Positions 25,143 to 32,000 of a stretch of 32,000 nt of DNA are shown here, in pieces. The notes below the pieces were generated by a model, which ran no database searches, had not been told where the DNA came from, and saw only the letters and a list, made by a program, of their open reading frames with translations. The position numbers and the translations under genes are program-made. Source of the stretch: Sedimentisphaera cyanobacteriorum (GTDB lineage Bacteria > Planctomycetota > Phycisphaerae > Sedimentisphaerales > Sedimentisphaeraceae); contig NZ_CP019633.1 of NCBI RefSeq assembly GCF_001997385.1, positions 30,001-62,000 on the forward strand. Reading direction: 5' to 3'. The number at the start of each line of letters is the position of its first letter. The stretch's first letter is position 1.

Positions 25143-25873
25143 CAGTTTGCCTTCCTTTCATCAAGAATAATAGTGCAGGCGTAAACCCATCCGGCAATCA
25201 TTAAAGCAAAATATCCAAGGTCGCTGAGCCTTATGATTCCCTTCTGCATAGAATCGAAATGATTCTGGAAGCTCAGCCCCGCTGCTGCCTGAACCATACC
25301 TCCCGGGAGGAATGTGTCCAGATAGCCCATTGTTGAGGGCATTCCGCTGAATACGAAAACAGCGCAGGCCACAACGGAGAGAATAAAGCTGATAACCTGA
25401 TTTTTGCACAGGGCGGAGAAGAAAATTCCAATAGCGAGGAATCCTCCGGCCATAAGCACAGATGCCAGATAGCCGGCTGCTATAAGTCCTCCGTCGGGAT
25501 TGCCCAGATAGCTCACTGTCATAGGCATTGGGAATGTGAGTCCGAGGCCGACAGCGAGAAATGCCCAGGCAGCGAAGAACTTGCCCATCACCGCCTGACC
25601 TACCGTGATAGGCAGCGTGAAGAGCAGCTCTATAGAGCCGGTTTTTCTCTCCTCAGCCCAAAGCCTCATTGCTACAGATGGTACGATGAATACGAAAAGC
25701 AGCGGGAGGTTTTCGAAGAAAAGGTGCATATCCGCCTGCCTTGCCTCGAAAAATCCCTGCTTGAATGTGAGATATCCTGAAAAGAAAAGGAATATCACAA
25801 GGAATACGTATGCAACAGGCGTTGCGAAGTATCCCTTGAATTCTCTTTTGAATACAGATTTAAAACCGTTCAT
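25142..25873 (-). CDS. ABC-2 type transporter permease (GldF/NosY-like)
   Basis: Six predicted TM helices and the conserved loop WAEERKTGSIELLFTLP typical of this permease family. GGAGAG lies upstream of the ATG. Confidence 0.8.
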   Translation of the reverse strand: MNGFKSVFKREFKGYFATPVAYVFLVIFLFFSGYLTFKQGFFEARQADMHLFFENLPLLFVFIVPSVAMRLWAEERKTGSIELLFTLPITVGQAVMGKFFAAWAFLAVGLGLTFPMPMTVSYLGNPDGGLIAAGYLASVLMAGGFLAIGIFFSALCKNQVISFILSVVACAVFVFSGMPSTMGYLDTFLPGGMVQAAAGLSFQNHFDSMQKGIIRLSDLGYFALMIAGWVYACTIILDERKAN

Positions 25874-25887
25874 AAAACGCTCTCCAT

Positions 25888-26610
25888 TTACATTGTTATC
25901 TTACGGAATACTTCATCAAGGCCGCAGTTATGCTCCTGCTTGAGCCCGTCCGGCGTTGAATCAACGAGGATCTTGCCCTTGTCGATGATTATCGTTCTCG
26001 AGCAAACCGCCTCCACCTCTTCAAGGATGTGGGTGGAGATTATTGTGGCCTTTTCTTTGGCCATTGAGTTGATAAGCTCTCGAACTTCGTGCTTCTGATT
26101 TGGATCCAGCCCGTCGGTGGGCTCATCGAGGATAAGCACTTCAGGGTCGTGGATGAGGGCTTGTGCAAGCCCTACACGTCGCTTATAGCCCTTGGAGAGG
26201 GTTTCTATTGTTTGATGGTAAACTTCTTCAATTGAGCACATATTAACAACTCTCTCAACCGCATCCTGCCTGCTTCGGCCTTTGATCTCTCGGGCATCGC
26301 AGATGAAATTGAGAAAGCCGCTTACCGTCATCTCGTTGTATGCCGGCGCGCTCTCAGCGAGATACCCCATTTTCTTTCTCGCTTCAACTGGTGATTTGAT
26401 GATATCGCAGCCGCAGACACTTGCTGTGCCGCTGTCTGGCTCTAAAAAGCAGGTGATCATCTTCATAGCCGTGCTCTTGCCTGCTCCGTTCGGGCCAAGA
26501 AAGCCCAGAACCTCGCCTTTTTCAACCTCGAACGAGATTGAATCCACTGCGACTATGGGGCCAAATGTGCGACGAAGCTCTTCTACTTTGATCATAAATA
26601 TAGACTCCAT
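25888..26610 (-). CDS. ABC transporter ATP-binding protein (GldA-like)
   Basis: Walker A GPNGAGKST, signature LSKGYKRRVGLAQAL, Walker B ILILDEPTDGLD and H-loop STHILEE. The true start may be ATG at 26595 (MIKVEELRRTFG). Confidence 0.92.
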   Translation of the reverse strand: MESIFMIKVEELRRTFGPIVAVDSISFEVEKGEVLGFLGPNGAGKSTAMKMITCFLEPDSGTASVCGCDIIKSPVEARKKMGYLAESAPAYNEMTVSGFLNFICDAREIKGRSRQDAVERVVNMCSIEEVYHQTIETLSKGYKRRVGLAQALIHDPEVLILDEPTDGLDPNQKHEVRELINSMAKEKATIISTHILEEVEAVCSRTIIIDKGKILVDSTPDGLKQEHNCGLDEVFRKITM

Positions 26611-27060
26611 AAAATCGTTTAAACTTTTTACCCGCAGAAAATTATCTCAAACTTTCTGCCGCTGAAAAAAAGCCGGCTCTGATTTGCACATTAACGACTC
26701 AAAGCCGTAAAATCCAGCAGGTTACAGAACTGCTGAAAATGAAATTTATAATTATTGATTTTTGTATGTCAACAGTATATATGCCCTTTGAGTGATTTTG
26801 TTTGCTTTGCGCCAAAAAAACTTTTGCAGATATAGAGACTTTCGTGATTTAATGAGATTGTCAGCTTAAATTTCCCGTTTTCAGAGATAATAACAAAGGA
26901 TTGAAGCCGTTAAATTTTAGCCGCGGCCGGGTTATAAAGGCTTTGAAAATCTCTCGATATGTATTTTAAGCTTTGCGGCGATGGTGCAGATTTCAATATC
27001 AGCCCAAGCGGCCTTCTCAAAGGTTCAAAAAGAAGCGTCAGATATATAATCAGGGTGCTT

Positions 27061-27810
27061 TTATAAAATCTTTCTCTTTCTCATAAAAACTGCGCCGATG
27101 CTGAGAATTGCGAGTGTTGCAGGCTCGGGAACGATTACAGTGATAAAATCCTGATAATCCTTTCCGCTTTTGACGGGCACGTAAACAGTGCCTTGAGGCA
27201 AGTAGTCTGAGGGGGTATTAACCGCCTGAGCAGCTAATTGGTTGAAGACGGGGATAATCATATCTGTTATTTCATCTGACCAGTTGCCGTACTGGCTCCC
27301 GGAAGCAGTTGCTGTGAATTCGCCCTCGGTAAGGCTGTAGCTGTCGTGATTTGTTTCGAAATTTATCTCCCATACAAGCAGCTGAACAGCGCAGCCGTAA
27401 ACCTGTCTTTCAGTAACATTAGGCCCAGTATCGGGAACTTCGGTGCTTTTATCAAATATATTCTTGTACAGCTGATCTGATACGTAACCAACTCTCCTCA
27501 TCACCAGCTGTGTATATTCATCATAGTCCAGCGGATTAAGCGCTTCCTGCACTACCAGCTCCTGAGAATCGCCTTCACCATAAGGCCCTGCATTCTGATA
27601 AAATTCTACACAGCTGCCCGGAGTTATATACTGACCGTCGCCCTTCCAAACGTGCGTTCCAGTTTGAAAATCACCACCATCATATACTTCTTCAGGGACT
27701 TCACACTTAAGCGATTCTGTCGGCTCAACGCCAAGAAAATCTAGATACTGAAACGCTGCAGAAGCATTGCAGCACAGCATCGAGAAAATGATTAAAACCA
27801 AACTTTTCAT
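27061..27810 (-). CDS. PEP-CTERM sorting-signal secreted protein
   Basis: Signal peptide MKSLVLIIFSMLCCNASA. The C terminus VPEPATLAILSIGAVFMRKRKIL has the PEP motif, a TM helix and a basic tail. Confidence 0.8.
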   Translation of the reverse strand: MKSLVLIIFSMLCCNASAAFQYLDFLGVEPTESLKCEVPEEVYDGGDFQTGTHVWKGDGQYITPGSCVEFYQNAGPYGEGDSQELVVQEALNPLDYDEYTQLVMRRVGYVSDQLYKNIFDKSTEVPDTGPNVTERQVYGCAVQLLVWEINFETNHDSYSLTEGEFTATASGSQYGNWSDEITDMIIPVFNQLAAQAVNTPSDYLPQGTVYVPVKSGKDYQDFITVIVPEPATLAILSIGAVFMRKRKIL

Positions 27811-27981
27811 CTCTTTCGGCTCTCCCTCTTTACACTTACGGAAAGTATATTTTTACACTTCATCTTAACCTCATTATAACCACTCAATCGCCCGAAACAA
27901 TACGTATTATTACCTGATTATTGAAATAATTATCAAAAAGCTAATCAGATATTAAAGCGATCGCAGATAGGGCATTATGTA

Positions 27982-28554
27982 TTATCGGGGCTTTGCAAAG
28001 AAGTACTGAGCTGCAACGGTGTATTTGGGGCCTTTCTTCGTTAGCTCGCTTGTAAAAACGCATACGCTTTCCACTGGGCAGCTGCCGAAAGACTGCTTTT
28101 TGAGTGAGCGGTCTATGCTTTTTATAATTCGCCCGGGACGCGGAGATTTGATTCTGGCAAGAGTGATATGCGGTTCGAATCTTTTCGAAGGGCTGAAAAA
28201 GCCCTTCTCAGCCAGCGGCGTGCAAACTGCTTCCCGCAGAGCCTTCATCTGTTCTGCTCCCTGTGTCAGGCCTGCCCAGAATGTATGGGCGTTTTTTCCG
28301 AAAGTTCCCGTGCCCTGAACAGAGATCGTGAAATCTGTCCTTCCGGTAACGCTTGTTCTAACGATATCGCAGACGCTCTGCAGGTGGTTATCGTCCACTT
28401 CTCCGAGAAAAGCAAGCGTGATATGGGCATCCTGCGGCCTCACCCACTTTATATCACTGCGGAAATGCTCCAGCTCTGGAGCAATTCTTTTCTGCACCTT
28501 GTCTATCTTATCAAGCACCTCTGGATAAGGAACTACAGCCACGAAAGTTCTCAT
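27982..28554 (-). CDS. thpR: RNA 2',3'-cyclic phosphodiesterase (2H phosphoesterase, ThpR/LigT)
   Basis: Two HxT motifs at the expected spacing (AHITLAFLG and PHITLARI) in a 190-aa protein. There is a 4-nt overlap with the upstream gene. Confidence 0.85.
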   Translation of the reverse strand: MRTFVAVVPYPEVLDKIDKVQKRIAPELEHFRSDIKWVRPQDAHITLAFLGEVDDNHLQSVCDIVRTSVTGRTDFTISVQGTGTFGKNAHTFWAGLTQGAEQMKALREAVCTPLAEKGFFSPSKRFEPHITLARIKSPRPGRIIKSIDRSLKKQSFGSCPVESVCVFTSELTKKGPKYTVAAQYFFAKPR

Positions 28555-29291
28555 TTCTGCTCTTTCCTCTCCTCCAGCTTGGTTGCCTTGCGAAGGTAAG
28601 TAATCTGTTTGCCGGTAAGCTGTTTGAAATTCCCAATACCCACTCCCTTAAGGCTGATATTTCCAATCTTCGTTCGCTTGAGCCTTTTCACCTTGAAATC
28701 CAGCCTTGCAAGCATTCTTCTGACCTGCCTGTTTTTACCCTGAAAGATGGTCATCTCCAGAAGCGTTTCATTCGGGCCGCGGTGAAGTACTTTTATAATT
28801 GAGCGTTTAGTTTTGCCCTCGCTGAGCCAGATGCCTTTTTTGAGCTTTTCGATTGATTCGCCGTCGAGCTGCCCCTTTACGAGGATCTCATAAGTTTTCG
28901 GGAGCTCGTATCTGGGGTGAGTGAGCCGGTTGGCAAGCTCGCTGTCGTTTGTGATTATGATTGCGCCGGTGGTTTGCTTGTCGAGCCGGCCTACGCAGAA
29001 AACCCTCTGCTTAACCGGCACGAAATCTATCGCTTTTTTCCGATTAAGAGGGTCGCTGCTGGTGCATAAAACACCTTTGGGCTTGTTCAAAAGGAAATAA
29101 ACCTTTGTTTCGCTGCGAATCTTCCTGCCCATATAGGTGATTCGGTCAGTCTCGGGGTCTGCGAATGCTGGGAGCTGGTCAACCACCTCCCGATTTACCC
29201 TAACATCGCCTTCGAGGATAATTTCTTCGCATTTGCGCCTTGATGCTATACCTGCATCAGCAAGTATTTTTTGAAGTCTTACTTTTGCCAT
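28551..29291 (-). CDS. Pseudouridine synthase, RsuA/RluB family
   Basis: N-terminal S4 domain (RLQKILADAGIASRRKCEEIILEGDVRVN) and catalytic GRLDKQTTG. Confidence 0.88.
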   Translation of the reverse strand: MAKVRLQKILADAGIASRRKCEEIILEGDVRVNREVVDQLPAFADPETDRITYMGRKIRSETKVYFLLNKPKGVLCTSSDPLNRKKAIDFVPVKQRVFCVGRLDKQTTGAIIITNDSELANRLTHPRYELPKTYEILVKGQLDGESIEKLKKGIWLSEGKTKRSIIKVLHRGPNETLLEMTIFQGKNRQVRRMLARLDFKVKRLKRTKIGNISLKGVGIGNFKQLTGKQITYLRKATKLEERKEQK

Positions 29292-29605
29292 TTCTGCTCC
29301 TATTAGCTTCTCAGCTATTATTTGCCTATATTATTAATTCAGTGGGGCATTATGAATTTTTGAGCTGCAAATTCAACCACAAAAATATTCCCGCTTTGAA
29401 AACCTCAACTTTGTGAACCACTCATAAGGGCAGAATGAATTGATATTCCGCTAAGCTTTTAGGTTTGTCTCGTGTAAAAAAAGATGGTAATATTAATTCG
29501 GCGAGTAAAAGTTTTTTGAAAAAATGCGCTATTTAGAATCATTTTAATAAATGAAAGCTGTCAATGTAATTTTTGAGTTAGTATGTTTTTATCTAAGGAA
29601 AGGCT

Positions 29606-30661
29606 ATGCAGTTATCTAAAAATATTTTACTTTTTATCGCAATCCTGTGCTTAAGCGTGCCATCTTTCAGTCAATGGAATACAAAATACGACCTGAACGG
29701 CGATGAGATTGTAGATATAACCGATTTTTCTCAGCTTGCTCTTCACTGGCTTGAAACACCCTATTTAGAAATGCCGGCTGTTTTCGGCCTTGAACAGAAT
29801 GAGGCTGAAAACCTGCTGCTCTCTGCCGGCCTGCGGATCGGCTCATTATCCCTGCAGCACAGCTTATCATTTCCGGACGGGACAGTAATCAGCCAGTATC
29901 CCCTTGCAGGCAGGACAGTTGCCTCGGGCGATTCGGTGGCTCTTACTGTCTCTACAAGGAATCAAAACAGGGTTAGCGGTATGCATTGGGTTTTCATCAG
30001 CGACCCGAACTTCACCGGCTATATGAGCAAATATGAAACCACCAACTCGCAATACTGCGATTTTCTCAATGAGGCCTATGCACAAGGAGCTGTAGAGATT
30101 CTCGAAGAGCAGGTTTACGCTGCAGGCGGGGGTTATTCAGGCCGGATTTACTATGATATGAGCGGCTCGAATGCCCAGATAACCTTTTCTTCGGGCTATT
30201 TTTACGTTCCAGGCCGCGAAGGCTTCGATATGGGCGACCACCCGGTAACAGAGGTAAGCTGGTACGGGGCGAAGGCTTTCTGCGATTTTTACGGATTCAG
30301 CCTGCCCACGAAAGACCAGTGGGAAGGGGTTGGCGATTATCAAGGCTCATTTAATTTTGGCTGCGGAGAAGAAATAAGCTATTCCAAAGCCAATTACAGC
30401 CGGACAAACCCGCTCGGCCTTTCAGACTATCCCTACACCACACCGGCAGGCTATTACCCCGCCTTCGGATACGGGTTGTGCGATATGGCAGGAAACGTAT
30501 GGGAATGGACGCAGAGCGTATGCGGAGACGGCGGGCAGATTGCAGTAGGCGGGGGCTGGTTCAGCTACGACAGAGAAAGCTGCTCTGTTTCAAATACATA
30601 CTGCGACCGGCCTGAGAATACAGTCAGCGATACTGGTTTTCGAGTTTTAAAGCAGGATTAA
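29606..30661 (+). CDS. Secreted dockerin-like / PASTA / FGE-sulfatase (SUMF1-family) domain protein
   Basis: Signal peptide; DLNGDEIVDITDFSQLALHWL (DxNxD calcium-loop-like); PASTA-like MPAVFGLEQNEAENLLLSAGLRIG...GTVISQYPLAGRTVASGDSVALTVS; FGE-type core (HPVTEVSWYGAKAFCDF, LPTKDQWE, GNVWEWTQ, GFRV). Confidence 0.8.
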   Translation: MQLSKNILLFIAILCLSVPSFSQWNTKYDLNGDEIVDITDFSQLALHWLETPYLEMPAVFGLEQNEAENLLLSAGLRIGSLSLQHSLSFPDGTVISQYPLAGRTVASGDSVALTVSTRNQNRVSGMHWVFISDPNFTGYMSKYETTNSQYCDFLNEAYAQGAVEILEEQVYAAGGGYSGRIYYDMSGSNAQITFSSGYFYVPGREGFDMGDHPVTEVSWYGAKAFCDFYGFSLPTKDQWEGVGDYQGSFNFGCGEEISYSKANYSRTNPLGLSDYPYTTPAGYYPAFGYGLCDMAGNVWEWTQSVCGDGGQIAVGGGWFSYDRESCSVSNTYCDRPENTVSDTGFRVLKQD

Positions 30662-30722
30662 AATCTTTCACCCGCTTTGAGCTGCATTTATTAACTGCGT
30701 TTGATTTAATGCGTGAATGAAA

Positions 30723-30752
30723 AAGGCGGAAGGACTGATATCCTTCCGCCTT
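30723..30752. terminator. Hairpin terminator between convergent genes
   Basis: AAGGCGGAAGGA-ctgata-TCCTTCCGCCTT, a 12-bp stem. The T run is stronger on the minus strand (TTTTT), so it serves the Ig/LamG gene best. Confidence 0.65.
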
Positions 30753-30783
30753 CAATTCGGAGGCTTTCAATTACTGAAAGCTA

Positions 30784-32000
30784 TTAGCTTTGCGGATAGT
30801 TGTTGTCTTCCAGCCATTCAACCATAAGTTCTCTCAGGTCATAAATATCCTGCTTGCAGTCCGGAACGCCTTCAGGTCCGGTGATATCGAATTCCGGCCT
30901 TTCGATGCATTGAACCACATTCGCATCAGGGTCGTAGTTTGTGAGGTCTATAACCTCTTCGGGGCTGAGGACATAGTTAAAGATTTTAACTTCGTCAATA
31001 TCGCCCGTAAACAATATAACCCTGCTCCTGTTTGATCCAACGCTGATGCTTCCGAAATTATTAGCAGCAGAGCCTGACCATCCTTCATAAACGCCGTTTA
31101 CGTAGAAGGTTGTACTTGAGCCATTGCAGCACATTACAATATGGATCCACTCATCGGGATATACATCAGCTAAAACAAGGCTTCCGCCAGTTCCGTTGTA
31201 TTCCCAAGTTCCATCATCGCATTCAAGCTGGAAATCGTTTCCGCTGCTGTCGTTGTTGAAGAAACCAGTAAAGCCAGGCTGAACAACTTCTGAGGTCTTA
31301 GCCCAGATGGAAACCGAGAAGTTCTGGAAGACCTGCTCTTCAGCAAACTGATTATCAAGGTAGTTAGAGTCGTTGAAGTGGAGGGCGTTGTTGCCGGCGA
31401 ACCTTTCAAAAGAATTCGGATCTCCGCCTTCAGCTGTAAGAGGATAGTTTCCGGTCTCATCTGTGCCGTCTGCTTCGAGCTTATAATGAGCGAGCAGTTC
31501 TTTCATATCGAGCTCAGAATTACCGCTTGCCTTGGAGGAGTGGATTGCATCAGTAATAACGCAGTAGTATTCTCCTTCATCTGCTGCTGAGAAATCCAGC
31601 ACAGAGAGCTTATAGGTCTGCGTACCTGAATAGTCCGCACCGTCTGTCAGGGTGATATCTGAAACGCCGTCAACATACTTGTACCACTGATAGCTTGCGC
31701 CGTCGAGCTCTGTAGTTTCGATAATTCCAGTTTCGCCTTCAGCAACAGTAGTGTAGCCCTGAGTATCAACGTTCACAGTGAGCGAAGCATTGTTCGTCTG
31801 GGCTGGAGGTTCTGCCGGGCCAGTGAGAACGCAGTAGTACTGAGCCTCATCTGAGTATATAACGTCTGAAATTGTCAGCTCGGATGTATCAGTTCCTGAG
31901 AACCTTGCCCCGTCAACGAGCATCTGATCCTCGCCGCCGTCAACATACTTGTACCACTGATAGCCAGTTACATTAGTACCTGCTACGGAGAATGTTGCCG
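30784..32000 (-). CDS. Large secreted protein with tandem Ig-like repeats, a LamG (concanavalin-like) domain and a C-terminal dockerin-like motif; 5' end beyond the window
   Basis: The frame stays open upstream of the track's M at 31923 (my translation reads ...ATFSVAGTNVTGYQWYKYVDGGEDQMLVDG) to position 32000. The Ig-like repeats end in GEYYCV / AQYYCV. The LamG-like block reads FSVSIWAKT...WIHIVMCCNGSSTTFYVNG...GDIDEVKIFNYVLS. The tail reads PDCKQDIYDLRELMVEWL. Confidence 0.8.
   Translation of the reverse strand, partial: ATFSVAGTNVTGYQWYKYVDGGEDQMLVDGARFSGTDTSELTISDVIYSDEAQYYCVLTGPAEPPAQTNNASLTVNVDTQGYTTVAEGETGIIETTELDGASYQWYKYVDGVSDITLTDGADYSGTQTYKLSVLDFSAADEGEYYCVITDAIHSSKASGNSELDMKELLAHYKLEADGTDETGNYPLTAEGGDPNSFERFAGNNALHFNDSNYLDNQFAEEQVFQNFSVSIWAKTSEVVQPGFTGFFNNDSSGNDFQLECDDGTWEYNGTGGSLVLADVYPDEWIHIVMCCNGSSTTFYVNGVYEGWSGSAANNFGSISVGSNRSRVILFTGDIDEVKIFNYVLSPEEVIDLTNYDPDANVVQCIERPEFDITGPEGVPDCKQDIYDLRELMVEWLEDNNYPQS
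31666..31964. repeat. Intragenic 270-bp (90-aa) tandem domain repeat
   Basis: An identical 29-mer, gccgtcaacatacttgtaccactgatagc, occurs at 31666-31694 and 31936-31964. It corresponds to the repeated YQWYKYVDG segment. Confidence 0.85.

Overview
The window reads as ordinary chromosome: housekeeping and envelope genes with no obvious mobile island, separated by two unusually long, repeat-filled intergenic regions. PEP-CTERM, dockerin-like, LamG and Ig-type secreted proteins, a Bat-type operon and an [FeFe]-hydrogenase suggest an anaerobic PVC-group bacterium (Planctomycetota/Phycisphaerae-like); this is inference only. Layout: (1) A long minus-strand block at 1-9839 holds a VWA BatA/B-like gene, BatC-, BatD- and BatE-like genes, coaE, a 70-codon Lys-rich ORF, rho, aspS, a terminator, and a MenA-like prenyltransferase that runs off the left edge. 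(2) At 10018-11004 (+) is a secreted, extremely basic Q/R/K/M-rich protein with no family I can assign. (3) At 11.0-11.8 kb is a repeat-rich non-coding region. (4) murJ and prfB lie on the minus strand; prfB needs a +1 programmed frameshift, and the ORF track misses its first 24 codons. (5) At 14.6-16.0 kb is a second long non-coding region with nested GC-rich palindromic elements and a likely long leader. (6) At 16017-21561 (+) is a three-gene HydABC-type [FeFe]-hydrogenase whose NuoF-like subunit is fused to a GltD/NfnB-like NAD(P)H module. (7) At 21825-26610 (-) are an ABC ATPase, an ABC-2 permease, a GldG-like protein and a DUF4340-like protein. (8) At 27-32 kb are a PEP-CTERM protein, thpR, an RluB-family pseudouridine synthase, a dockerin-like/PASTA/FGE-domain protein, and a large Ig-repeat/LamG protein that runs off the right edge. 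The most unusual items are the hydrogenase fusion, the polycationic secreted protein, the Lys-rich ORF overlapping rho, the CTT TAA C prfB recoding site, and the two repeat families in the long intergenic regions. No CRISPR array, tRNA, rRNA, transposase, integrase or recognisable defence gene was seen.
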